Virus record (IMG/VR): IMGVR_UViG_3300020042_006030
Coordinates: 1-29,978 of that record
Origin: a virus
Lineage: Duplodnaviria > Caudoviricetes
Length of the DNA stretch: 29,978 nt
Direction: 5' to 3' (one strand)
Shown here piece by piece: positions 16,477 to 25,880 of this stretch. The translations under genes were made by a program, and so were the position numbers. Position 1 is the first letter of the stretch. Every line of letters begins with the position of its first letter. Under the pieces are notes generated by a model. It saw nothing but the letters and a program-made list of their open reading frames with translations, searched no databases and was not told the origin of the DNA.

Positions 16477-17665
16477 GATACTTTTAGTTGCTCAACAACA
16501 TACAGGAGGGGTAGAATACTACCGAATGATTAAACCTAACAATGTACTTCGTAGGCATTACCCAGACTTTCACTTCACAAAAGTTAACGCTATTCATCCA
16601 ACTGAGGACTTAGACGGTAGGCAAATAGTAAAGAAAGAAGGAGAGCCGGATGTAGAGTTCGCTTTCCGTATCAATGATGACTATTTAAAGTCTTTTGACC
16701 TTATCCATTTTTGTAGGGGGATAGCTTTAAAAGACTTATCACAAGGCGTAGCGGATCGCTTAAACAGATTAGGCGTTCCCTTTGGATTAGACTTAGATGA
16801 TTATTGGGAATTACCCGATGACCACTTACTCGCAGTAACTTATAAAGAACAAGACACCACAAAGAACATTATAGACTCTATTAAATTAGCTCACTTTGTT
16901 ACAACTACAACGCCTTACTTAGCTAAAGAAATAGAGAAATACAATAAGAATGTTCACGTAATTGAGAACGGGATAGACTTACAAGAACCTGCGTGGCAAC
17001 CTGACTTTGAAACTAAAGACGTTATGAGGTTTGGATTTATGCAAGGGGCTACTCAGTTAAACGATATGAAGTTTGTTGGCAAAGGAATACAACGAGTATT
17101 TGAAAGCAACTTAAAAGGCTATCAATTCGTTATAGGAGGGTTTAACGGGGTGGCGGGTAAAGCATCGAGCTACATTGGATATGAGAAATACATAACTAAC
17201 AATTTAAACGGACTACATAAATATCCTGAATACCAAAGATACTTATACAACTGTAAACAAGAAGGAAACGAGGCTTGGAAAGATATGCCTTATCGCAGAT
17301 TATGGGCTACAAAGGTTGAAGAGTTTGGCTACCAATATAACGAGATAGATGTTTCAGTAGTTCCTTTATTAGATACTAGATTTAATAATTGTAAGTCAGA
17401 GCTTAAATTAATTGAGGCGGGTGTTAAATGTAAAGCGGTTATAGTAAGTAATGTTAAGCCTTATGACTTATTAGCTAATGATAAGAATAGTTTTATGTGT
17501 GATAACACTTACGACTTTTACAGAAAGGTTAGATACTGTTTAGAGAATCCAAACGAGGTTAACGATAAGGCTTGTCAGTTAAGATATGATGTAGTTACAA
17601 AACATTCTTTACAAGTTTTGACAGATAAAAGATTATCAATATATTCGCATTATATTAAAAAATGA
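16469..17665 (+). CDS. GT-B fold glycosyltransferase (GT4-like)
   Basis: GVEYYRM..P, DLDDYW, VTTTTPYLA, VIENGID, PLLDTRFNNCKSELKLIEAG...VIVSNVKPY. Confidence 0.88.
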   Translation: MPKILLVAQQHTGGVEYYRMIKPNNVLRRHYPDFHFTKVNAIHPTEDLDGRQIVKKEGEPDVEFAFRINDDYLKSFDLIHFCRGIALKDLSQGVADRLNRLGVPFGLDLDDYWELPDDHLLAVTYKEQDTTKNIIDSIKLAHFVTTTTPYLAKEIEKYNKNVHVIENGIDLQEPAWQPDFETKDVMRFGFMQGATQLNDMKFVGKGIQRVFESNLKGYQFVIGGFNGVAGKASSYIGYEKYITNNLNGLHKYPEYQRYLYNCKQEGNEAWKDMPYRRLWATKVEEFGYQYNEIDVSVVPLLDTRFNNCKSELKLIEAGVKCKAVIVSNVKPYDLLANDKNSFMCDNTYDFYRKVRYCLENPNEVNDKACQLRYDVVTKHSLQVLTDKRLSIYSHYIKK

Positions 17666-18300
17666 AAATAGGAATTGGAATAACAACTCACAACAGACCC
17701 GAACATCTTGAATGGTGCGTTAAGAGTATTCATAAGTATACTGAGAATTGTAAGGTATATATTTACGATGATAAAGAATCTAAAGGCGTTGCTTATTCTA
17801 AAAATATGTGCCTATACAATCTTAAAGACTGTGATTATATTTTCCTATTCGATGATGATTGTGCTCCTAAACAAAAAGGATGGGTAGATTTATTTATTCA
17901 TTCAGGAGAAAATCATTTACTTTATATGAATAAGTCTTATGAGTATACTTGCGAGTTTGGGGATATAGAATATTATACTAATTGTTCGGGAGTATTTATG
18001 TTCTTAACAAAGAAAGTTATTGAGAAAGTTGGGTACTTTAATCCTGAATACGGAAGATACGGACTTGAACACGCTGGTTATTCTAAACGAATTTATCACG
18101 CAGGATTAACCAATACAAACTTTCAAGTTATTAAAAGAAGTTCAGACTACTTACACGCTATTGATTTTGACGGTGAGGTAGGGTTCAAACACTTCTCAAC
18201 TGTAACAGGAGAAGAGAGAAAAAAATGTGAAGAGATAAACGACCCTATATACAGATACGAAACATCAACTAGGAATTATTACTATGACTTCAAGCCTTAG
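17662..18300 (+). CDS. GT-A glycosyltransferase (GT2-like)
   Basis: IGITTHNRP, GVAYSKN, FLFDDD, VGYFNPEYGRYGLEH. Confidence 0.9.
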   Translation: MKIGIGITTHNRPEHLEWCVKSIHKYTENCKVYIYDDKESKGVAYSKNMCLYNLKDCDYIFLFDDDCAPKQKGWVDLFIHSGENHLLYMNKSYEYTCEFGDIEYYTNCSGVFMFLTKKVIEKVGYFNPEYGRYGLEHAGYSKRIYHAGLTNTNFQVIKRSSDYLHAIDFDGEVGFKHFSTVTGEERKKCEEINDPIYRYETSTRNYYYDFKP

Positions 18301-18988
18301 AATATTATTTCACATCCCAACACGTTCAAGACCTGATAGGGCTAGGACTGCGATACAAAACATAATTGATAATTGTGTTGATACTAACTATTTAATATTA
18401 GTTAGTTGTGATATTAACGATGAGGCTATGACTGGCTTTACGTTTCAACATCCAAAGGTTTTAATTCATTGGGGTACTTCATTAAATAAGATACACGCTT
18501 GTAACCGTTCAATTCATTTAATTAAAGATTGGGATATACTAGTAGCAAGTAGTGATGATATGATGTTCCAAGTTGAGGGGTTTGATAATGTTATAAGATA
18601 CTCGTTTAGGTCAGATGTATTAAGATTTGCAACACCTATTGAAGATTATAATTATAACCTAAACCAATTTGTTCACTTCTCTGACGGTAATCAGGGGGCT
18701 AATGTTTGTACCTTATCTATTATGGGTAGTGAGTATTACAATAGAGATAACTATGTTTATCACCCCGACTACGAGAACTTGTGGTGTGATGTTGAAGCGG
18801 GTGACGTAGCAAAGATAAGAGGGTGTTATAAGTATATGGGTAACGATTTAATAATCTTTAGACACCTTCACCCTGCATGGGGTTATCCTGTTCACGATGA
18901 CCAATACAAAGCCCAAGATAATTTACAAACAAGTGAACGAGATAAATCCGTATATTTAGCACGTAAAGAAAGGAACTTTGATTTATGA
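18284..18988 (+). CDS. GT-A glycosyltransferase (GT2-like)
   Basis: IPTRSRP, KIHACN, VASSDDM, YHPDYENLWCD, HLHP. Confidence 0.8.
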   Translation: MTSSLRILFHIPTRSRPDRARTAIQNIIDNCVDTNYLILVSCDINDEAMTGFTFQHPKVLIHWGTSLNKIHACNRSIHLIKDWDILVASSDDMMFQVEGFDNVIRYSFRSDVLRFATPIEDYNYNLNQFVHFSDGNQGANVCTLSIMGSEYYNRDNYVYHPDYENLWCDVEAGDVAKIRGCYKYMGNDLIIFRHLHPAWGYPVHDDQYKAQDNLQTSERDKSVYLARKERNFDL

Positions 18989-19539
18989 AACTTAGTATTT
19001 TAATACCTACTATTCCTGAACGTAAGGAAATGTTTAATAGGCTTATCATAGCCCTGATAGCTCAATGGACTGAAGGTGTTGAGATTTGTAGTAATGATGA
19101 CGAGGGTTCAATAGGAACTAAACGTAACCAACTACTTCAAGAAGCTAGTGGCGAATACGTTTGCTTCATTGATGATGATGATACAGTAAGCTCAACTTAC
19201 ATTCAAGACATCCTAACTGCCATTGAATCCAAACCCGACTGTGTATCTCTCAGAGGAGTAATAACGTGGGACGGTAGTAACCCTGAGATATTTGAACACT
19301 CACTAAGATACCCCGCATACGTTACACATACATTACCTGTTAATGGTATTAAGTATGAGAGATACCCAAATCACCTTAACACTATTAAAGCCTCAATAGC
19401 TAAACAGTTTAAGTTTCCTGAGATTAACTTTGGAGAGGATAGTGATTGGGCTAAACAGATTCACGACTCAGGATTAATTAATACAGAAGTTTACATAGAT
19501 AAAGTATTGTATCACTACTTATTTAAACCTAACAAATGA
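18985..19539 (+). CDS. GT-A glycosyltransferase (GT2)
   Basis: LSILIPT, SIGTKRN.LL..ASGEYVCFIDDDD, FGEDSDW. Confidence 0.92.
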   Translation: MKLSILIPTIPERKEMFNRLIIALIAQWTEGVEICSNDDEGSIGTKRNQLLQEASGEYVCFIDDDDTVSSTYIQDILTAIESKPDCVSLRGVITWDGSNPEIFEHSLRYPAYVTHTLPVNGIKYERYPNHLNTIKASIAKQFKFPEINFGEDSDWAKQIHDSGLINTEVYIDKVLYHYLFKPNK

Positions 19540-20408
19540 AGTGCATAAGCTACGCCTTATTCGGCTATAACAAAGAACGTAACGCTAACTGTTTCGACTT
19601 CGACTCTTATCTTAGAGGCTTAATGATTTCGATTAGAATGAATCGTTTATTATATCCTGATTGGGAAATAGTATTAAACTTAGACCAATCGACTTATGAA
19701 GGGTATAAAAACCTATTCGATAGATTACCTATCACTTGTATGATTCACGAACCCGCTCCACTTTGTAAGGCTATGCTTTGGAGAATGAAACCAATTTTTG
19801 AAATGGAACATGGGCAATGGAAATACTCTCACGTACTTTGTAGAGACTTAGATAGTCCGGCTACATACCGAGAAGTCCAAGCCGTTAAGTATTGGATAAT
19901 GAAAGAGAAAGCATTACACGCAATTACAGACTCAGTAAGTCACGATGTACCATTAATGGGAGGTATGATAGGAGTAATGACTAAACACTTTAACGAGAAG
20001 GTTGGTAACTCATGGGATAATATGTTAATGGGAACTACAATGGACTTTAGCTTAAAAGGCTCAGACCAAAACTTTCTTAATCATTATGTATATCCTAAGT
20101 TCGCAACTAAAGGAACTGAGTCGATTACACAACATTATTTTAACGGTTACTCAAATACATTCTTAAACGATTACCATACTTGTACGTGTCCACCAACTGC
20201 GGGGCATAGAAGCGATTGTCCTAACAATACAGAGATAGATTTACCTTACAAGTTAGCAGAGAGTAATTCAGTTTGTGGACATATCGGGGCGAGTGGTTGG
20301 TATGAGACCGCTTTGTTTAAATTCCTTCGTGAATATTGGAATGAGTTTGATGACTTATTAGAAGTAGAGAAAGAGTATAAACATATATTTTATTGGGCAA
20401 ATGCTTAA
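19536..20408 (+). CDS. Putative GT-A-like glycosyltransferase
   Basis: ISYALFG, LYPDW, MLWR, RDLDS (DxD), H..PLMGGMIG, DQNFL. Confidence 0.65.
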   Translation: MKCISYALFGYNKERNANCFDFDSYLRGLMISIRMNRLLYPDWEIVLNLDQSTYEGYKNLFDRLPITCMIHEPAPLCKAMLWRMKPIFEMEHGQWKYSHVLCRDLDSPATYREVQAVKYWIMKEKALHAITDSVSHDVPLMGGMIGVMTKHFNEKVGNSWDNMLMGTTMDFSLKGSDQNFLNHYVYPKFATKGTESITQHYFNGYSNTFLNDYHTCTCPPTAGHRSDCPNNTEIDLPYKLAESNSVCGHIGASGWYETALFKFLREYWNEFDDLLEVEKEYKHIFYWANA

Positions 20409-20517
20409 CGAGTTTGGACAATATGAACCACAAGACCCTAAGACGGGTTGGATATTTTTAATAATAACAACTATAATAATATGGACAATAATAATAGTAA
20501 CATTAAAAAGTATATAG
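20401..20517 (+). CDS. 38-aa single-TM peptide overlapping next gene (not in ORF track)
   Basis: MLNEFGQYEPQDPKTGWIFLIITTIIIWTIIIVTLKSI. Confidence 0.5.
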   Translation: MLNEFGQYEPQDPKTGWIFLIITTIIIWTIIIVTLKSI

Positions 20518-21236
20518 TAGTCTCAACAAACAACAACCCCGACTACTATTTTTATCTACCGTACATTGAGAAAGCATGGGCTACCTATGGTTGGGACTTA
20601 TGCGTTATGTTAACACATGATGTAGATGTAAACAGATTAGAAGTAAATAGAAAGGAAACTTTACTCTGTGTATTTCCTAGAGTCGATGAGTTAAGAACAG
20701 AAACAGTAGCTCAGGCTTCACGTTTATACGCCTCTCACTATTTACCAAAGGATGCCTTAATAATGACTAGCGATATGGATTTACTTCCTTTAACTAATTA
20801 TTGGAATCCGAACCCAAACGAAGTAACTAACTATGGACACGATTTAACAGGTCACTCGTTCTTCCCGATGGGATATACTGCTATGCTTGGTTCACGTTGG
20901 GTAGAGGTAATGAGACTAACACACGACCAAAAAGCTGATATGTTAAGAGATGCACACGAATTTAAAATAGCCTTTAGTGAGGATTGGGAGAAGTGGTGGA
21001 ATCATGATTGGACAGTATTAACAGATAGATTAAGAGTAGTCCCGGTTACTTCTATTGAACGTGGCAAACGTCCTGACGGTGTATTTGCTAAAGGTCGAAT
21101 AGATAGAGGGGACTCAATGAAGTTAATACCTAGAGAGGATTGGATAGACGCACATTGTGAGAATCATAATGTTAAGCATCCTGATAAACTTAATAGATTT
21201 TTACATATATTTGAAACTGTTTACGGTAAATTATGA
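20481..21236 (+). CDS. Putative GT-A-like glycosyltransferase
   Basis: VVSTNNNPDY, AQASRLY, MTSDMDLLP (DxD), IDAH; ATG 20481 preferred over TTG 20448. Confidence 0.62.
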   Translation: MDNNNSNIKKYIVVSTNNNPDYYFYLPYIEKAWATYGWDLCVMLTHDVDVNRLEVNRKETLLCVFPRVDELRTETVAQASRLYASHYLPKDALIMTSDMDLLPLTNYWNPNPNEVTNYGHDLTGHSFFPMGYTAMLGSRWVEVMRLTHDQKADMLRDAHEFKIAFSEDWEKWWNHDWTVLTDRLRVVPVTSIERGKRPDGVFAKGRIDRGDSMKLIPREDWIDAHCENHNVKHPDKLNRFLHIFETVYGKL

Positions 21237-21832
21237 TAGTAACCTGTGCCTTTAGAGAGCCTTATCTCTCACATAACACTAAGCAACTTGAAACTTTAAA
21301 GGGAGTACCCGTACTTTCTTTTAGAGATTGTTTACCTTATGGTGAAGGATTAGTAACTGAGAATATAGTAGAGAGGTTTCAAAAGTCATTGTATGGGTTC
21401 AAGCCTCATGCTATTCAAAAGGCTATTGACTTAGGCTTTAAGAAAGTTATTTGGTTTGACCCTTCAGTATATCCTTTAGAGTCAGTACAGACTATCTATG
21501 ACCAATTAGATAAACATCCAATGTTAGTTATAAAAGGAGATAGGCATATAAAAGATATGACCGCTAAATGGTTGTTAGATGAATTTAAACATTATGACAT
21601 TAATCATATCGGAGGCACTATTTACGCTTTTAATTTTAATAATCAAAATACGTTAGACTGTTTTTATAATTGGAGGGACTTAGAAATTAGCGGTTACTTC
21701 GGTGACCAAGAAGAATTTATGAAAGGACATTGGGCAGATGAATCTTGTATGGCTTTATGTATGGCTATTTGCGGAATAGAGCAAGTAAGTCTAAATTTTA
21801 AATATAGAAACCAAAAGGATGGAACTCTATAA
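21233..21832 (+). CDS. Putative nucleotide-diphospho-sugar transferase (GT-A-like)
   Basis: YGFKPHAI, VIWFDPS, GHWADES resemble the KP...W.D.S...H..DQS pattern of GT-A proteins. Confidence 0.6.
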   Translation: MIVTCAFREPYLSHNTKQLETLKGVPVLSFRDCLPYGEGLVTENIVERFQKSLYGFKPHAIQKAIDLGFKKVIWFDPSVYPLESVQTIYDQLDKHPMLVIKGDRHIKDMTAKWLLDEFKHYDINHIGGTIYAFNFNNQNTLDCFYNWRDLEISGYFGDQEEFMKGHWADESCMALCMAICGIEQVSLNFKYRNQKDGTL

Positions 21833-22673
21833 AGACCAAATACACAACGCCCCATTCATTGAGACTTGTACTCACATTTGGAGTGATGATGTTTCCCGTC
21901 CTAACAAGTCGGGGGTTTGGGAATACTACTTATCAATATCTAAAGAGTTTAATAAGCCTTTAGTTAATCAAACTAATATACCAAACAAAGCTATTATATT
22001 TGTAGGGATGTGTCATATACTTGAAAGTGTATTCGACCAACTACCAAGAGAGGGTGAATATATTATAGTACATAGAACTAATGATAGACCGTTCACAAAG
22101 CAGATGTATGACCGTAAACCAACAAGTGTTAAGTATGTTTATACAGTAGACTCAAGAGTTACTGCTGATGATGTATTCGCTATTCCTTTTGGTAATGCCT
22201 CAATTAATGGAGCTGACCCTTTTATTGAAGAAATAGCAAACGAACCTAAACGGGATGTTAGTACTCAATTATTTGTTTGTTATAACACAAACGCCTCAAC
22301 ACCGCATAGAACTGAATCTATACAAGTATTAAGAAACAAACCTTTTGCTTTTGTTTATGAACTTAACTATCCTACTATTCAAATGGCGGGAGATGAATTT
22401 TATCGTAATGTAAAGGCTCATAAGTTTACAATGGCTTTAGCCGGATGCGGTGCAGATGCTTCAAGACAATGGGCAGCTATTCAATTAGGTTCTATTCCTA
22501 TTGTAACTGATTGTCCTGAGATGCGACACTTTGAGGACTTACCGTTAATATTTTGTCCTAAAGATATGCACGAGATTACAGAAGAATGGTTATCTTTACA
22601 ATCAGTTGAGGGTAAGAGTACAGAAAGAATGAGAGCAAGTTATTGGATTAAACATATAAAAGAAAGATGGTAA
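21819..22673 (+). CDS. Exostosin/GT47-like glycosyltransferase
   Basis: HKFTMALAGCGADASRQWAAIQLGSIPIV...FEDLP, a variant of the exostosin-family F.L.P.G.G....R.WEA...G.IPV motif. Confidence 0.7.
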   Translation: MELYKDQIHNAPFIETCTHIWSDDVSRPNKSGVWEYYLSISKEFNKPLVNQTNIPNKAIIFVGMCHILESVFDQLPREGEYIIVHRTNDRPFTKQMYDRKPTSVKYVYTVDSRVTADDVFAIPFGNASINGADPFIEEIANEPKRDVSTQLFVCYNTNASTPHRTESIQVLRNKPFAFVYELNYPTIQMAGDEFYRNVKAHKFTMALAGCGADASRQWAAIQLGSIPIVTDCPEMRHFEDLPLIFCPKDMHEITEEWLSLQSVEGKSTERMRASYWIKHIKERW

Positions 22674-23242
22674 ACATAGCAGGACATACAATAGAAGAAT
22701 CGTTACTAGGTGACGGTGTTATTATCGATGTAGGTTGTAGAGACTTTCAATTCGCTAACTACTTCTATCCTAATACAGTCTATTGCATAGACCCCGACGA
22801 AAATGTATTTAAGGGTGCTAACATCTTAGACTCCCGTATTCATATGAACGTAGCTATCTCCGATAAAACAGGAGACTCAGGTTACTATGAGAATGGTGAG
22901 GCTACTTGTTTACAAGAGATTGACCCCGATAAAAACCACCCATTTAAACCTTGTAAGACAATTACAATGGATGACCTATACAAGATTACGGGTGAGAACG
23001 TAGATGTCTTAAAACTTGACTGTGAAGGTGCTGAGTACATTATCTTAGGGGAAACCTTTAGACCTATTCCTAAACAAATAAGTGTGGAGTTTCATAATCA
23101 CTGTGTACCCGCATTACATCAAGAGAAGTATAAGGAAATAGTTGAGAGATTATCAGAACACTATACAATGCACAACGACGTTTGGGAACAACGTCATGGA
23201 TGCGGATTTAATTTTTGGGACACATTATTTATAAAAAAATGA
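22667..23242 (+). CDS. FkbM-family SAM methyltransferase
   Basis: IIDVGC, NVAISD, ITMDDL, VLKLDCEGAEY, QISVEFH. Confidence 0.9.
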   Translation: MVNIAGHTIEESLLGDGVIIDVGCRDFQFANYFYPNTVYCIDPDENVFKGANILDSRIHMNVAISDKTGDSGYYENGEATCLQEIDPDKNHPFKPCKTITMDDLYKITGENVDVLKLDCEGAEYIILGETFRPIPKQISVEFHNHCVPALHQEKYKEIVERLSEHYTMHNDVWEQRHGCGFNFWDTLFIKK

Positions 23243-23793
23243 AAGCACAATTTACACCAACAAACAATGACCTAAGTTACTATCCCTTATTATTTAAGGC
23301 GTTAGAAGAAACTAAAGGGGACGTATTAGAATTAGGAACGGGACATGGTTCGACTGTACTTTTGCACGATTATTGCAAAGGTAAAAGAAACCTTTATTCT
23401 TTTGATGAGAAGCCTGAATGGTTAAATAAGTTCACCTACCTACAATATAATGAAAATGGAGTTCATCACGAATGTCATCACGTTATGGGTGTAGAAGGTT
23501 GGCGTAAAGTATTCCAACCTAACAAGAACCCCTCAGTCATCTTTATAGACCACGCACCGGGAGAAGACCGCAAACAAATGATACTAGACTTCAAAGACAC
23601 TAAAGGTATTATTGTTTGTCACGACACAGAACCCGCAGCAGACCACGGCTATCAAATGCGTCAACACTTTCCCCTATTCAAATACAAAGTTGAGGTTAAA
23701 ACAAACGGAGCATGGGCTACCGCATTAAGTAATGAAATCGACATAACTAAATGGGATGGTGAAACCTTTGGAGATTATAAAATAAGCCTATGA
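23239..23793 (+). CDS. Class I SAM-dependent methyltransferase
   Basis: VLELGTGHGST, IFIDH, IVCHDT; start 23239 gives ATGA overlap. Confidence 0.85.
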   Translation: MKAQFTPTNNDLSYYPLLFKALEETKGDVLELGTGHGSTVLLHDYCKGKRNLYSFDEKPEWLNKFTYLQYNENGVHHECHHVMGVEGWRKVFQPNKNPSVIFIDHAPGEDRKQMILDFKDTKGIIVCHDTEPAADHGYQMRQHFPLFKYKVEVKTNGAWATALSNEIDITKWDGETFGDYKISL

Positions 23794-23867
23794 ACTTCGC
23801 CCTACTAAACTACCAAACAGAACACTACCTAACTATAATAGGTGAAATAACTATAATACTAAACTAA
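23790..23867 (+). CDS. 25-aa coupling peptide (not in ORF track)
   Basis: MNFALLNYQTEHYLTIIGEITIILN; ATGA overlap upstream and TAATG overlap with terS. Confidence 0.5.
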   Translation: MNFALLNYQTEHYLTIIGEITIILN

Positions 23868-24295
23868 TGGCAAGAGATAAATTAATTCAAACTCCTGAGG
23901 AATTAGAAACCCACTTTAAAAACTATTGCGATTGGGTTAAATCAAATCCTATATTAGTTCAAGACTTTGTAGGTAAAGATGGTAACGAAGTACATAGAGA
24001 GAAACAAAGACCTTTAACTATGGAAGGGTTCGAGGTGTTTTGTTTTAATAACCAAATTATCAACGACTTAGGGGATTATTTTTCAAATAAGAATGACCGC
24101 TACTCAGAGTTTTCCACTATCTGTTCGCACATTAGGAAAGCAATAAGAGCTAATCAAATCGATGGAGGTATGGCAGGAATCTATAATCCTTCTATTACTC
24201 AAAGACTTAACGGGTTAACTGAGAAAACAGAAACAAGGTTGACAATGGAGCAACCATTATATCCTGATGTTCCAGAGAACGACGGCAGTAAATAG
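23867..24295 (+). CDS. terS: Terminase small subunit (P22 gp3-like)
   Basis: TPEEL...RPLTMEGF...GIYNPSITQRLNGL, directly upstream of terL. Confidence 0.85.
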   Translation: MARDKLIQTPEELETHFKNYCDWVKSNPILVQDFVGKDGNEVHREKQRPLTMEGFEVFCFNNQIINDLGDYFSNKNDRYSEFSTICSHIRKAIRANQIDGGMAGIYNPSITQRLNGLTEKTETRLTMEQPLYPDVPENDGSK

Positions 24296-25439
24296 AATAC
24301 TTAAACTAACCAAACGTAAAAAGGTTATACAAGGGGGGACATCGGCAGGTAAGACTTTCGCTATCCTTTCTATTCTTATTGATAAATGTTGCAAGACACC
24401 TAAGTTAGAAGTCTCAGTAGTTTCCGAGACTATCCCCCATTTAAGACGGGGTTGCTTAAAAGACTTTATTAAGATAATGCAGTTCACAGGTAGGTGGGTT
24501 GACTCAAACTATAACCGTACTTTATTAACCTATGTATTCTCTAATGGTTCTTATATCGAGTTCTTTAGTACAGACCAAGAGGATAGATTAAGGGGTGCAA
24601 GGCGTAACGTCTTGTATATTAACGAGGCTAACAACATCGACTTCAATTCTTATTATCAATTAGCTATTCGTACCTCTCACGATATTTTCTTAGACTTTAA
24701 CCCTACTGAGTCATTTTGGGGACATACTGAGGTATTAAGAGAAACAGACGCAGAGCTTATAGTATTGAACTACAAAGACAATGAGGCTTTACCCGCCAAT
24801 GTTATTATCGATTTAGAACAGGCTAAAGAGAAAGCTAAGACTTCAAGTTATTGGGCTAATTGGTGCAGGGTTTATATTGACGGGGAGATTGGTACGTTAC
24901 AAGGTGCGGTGTTTGATAATTGGGACACAGTCGATTCTATTCCGGCTGACGCTCAGTTAATATCTCATGGTTTAGATTGGGGCTTTACTAATGATGAGAC
25001 GGGTGTTATATCTGTTTACCGTATGAATGGTGAGCTTTACATTAAAGAGTTAATCTATTCAAAGGGGTTAACTAATAACGATATAGCTAACAAACTACAT
25101 GAGGTAGGGGTATCACGTCAACAGTTAATTATAGCGGATTCAGCCGAACCTAAAAGCATAGAGGATTTAAGGAGGCTAGGTTTTAATATACAACCTGCTA
25201 AGAAAGGTCAGGATAGTGTTAGAGCCTCAATAGATATTGTTCAAAGGTATAGACTTCATATAACAAGCGACTCTATTAATTTAATTAAAGAGATACGTAA
25301 TTACGTTTGGGAAACCAACAAAGCGGGGGAGCAAACGAGGTCGCCAATCGATTATATGAACCACTTAATTGACCCTCTTAGATACGTAGCATTAAACAAG
25401 CTGACTAATAAGAGTTCAGGTGTTTATCACATAGAATAA
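24267..25439 (+). CDS. terL: Terminase large subunit, PBSX family
   Basis: QGGTSAGKT, LYINEAN, DFNP, GLDWGF, ADSAEPK, NHLIDPLRY. Confidence 0.96.
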   Translation: MFQRTTAVNRILKLTKRKKVIQGGTSAGKTFAILSILIDKCCKTPKLEVSVVSETIPHLRRGCLKDFIKIMQFTGRWVDSNYNRTLLTYVFSNGSYIEFFSTDQEDRLRGARRNVLYINEANNIDFNSYYQLAIRTSHDIFLDFNPTESFWGHTEVLRETDAELIVLNYKDNEALPANVIIDLEQAKEKAKTSSYWANWCRVYIDGEIGTLQGAVFDNWDTVDSIPADAQLISHGLDWGFTNDETGVISVYRMNGELYIKELIYSKGLTNNDIANKLHEVGVSRQQLIIADSAEPKSIEDLRRLGFNIQPAKKGQDSVRASIDIVQRYRLHITSDSINLIKEIRNYVWETNKAGEQTRSPIDYMNHLIDPLRYVALNKLTNKSSGVYHIE

Positions 25440-25825
25440 GATAACTCTTCACCTGTTAAAGAGAAGTAAATGTTTTGAAGGGAGTGGACGTATTTAACTT
25501 GAGTAATAAGGTCACCAACACCATTTCTTTTTTTACATACATAAATCCCATAAATAAACTCGTCTCCAGAAGGGGTAGATACTGTGCAATTAAGTTTTAC
25601 ATAAACCCTATTAAAGCCTTTTGTTATCATACCATTATCCCATCCAAACTTAACCAACCATTCTTCTGTTAGGGGGATGGGGTGAATATCCCCTCCATGA
25701 GTTGCACCTATTAGATTAGGTTCTGTAACTATGCTCATAAAAGAGTCATCCGACAATGATTTAACCCTTACGTCTTTATTGGTATTATGTACCCAATTGC
25801 CTATACGAAGTTCGTTTGCTTTCAT
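25427..25825 (-). CDS. Hypothetical protein, antisense moron
   Basis: MKANELRIGNWV...PIPLTEEWLVKFG...YVHSLQNIYFSLTGEEL; TATATTAG box at 25830-25837 just upstream. Confidence 0.8.
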   Translation of the reverse strand: MKANELRIGNWVHNTNKDVRVKSLSDDSFMSIVTEPNLIGATHGGDIHPIPLTEEWLVKFGWDNGMITKGFNRVYVKLNCTVSTPSGDEFIYGIYVCKKRNGVGDLITQVKYVHSLQNIYFSLTGEELSYSM

Positions 25826-25880
25826 GGTGCTAATATAAGAATAACATTAACAAAAGCCTATATTTTTTACTTATATAGGT

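Noticed and set aside
18858-19049. 63-aa minus-strand ORF
   Set aside because: Antisense to two GT genes, no motifs
16469-23793. GtrABC-type serotype conversion or T4-type DNA glucosylation as the main explanation
   Set aside because: No multi-TM transferase or flippase and no hydroxymethylase, TET/JBP or kinase partner in the window; kept only as alternatives
24257-24487. 76-aa minus-strand ORF
   Set aside because: Antisense to the terL ATPase region
25475-25672. 65-aa plus-strand ORF
   Set aside because: Shadow of the better-supported minus-strand gene 25427-25825
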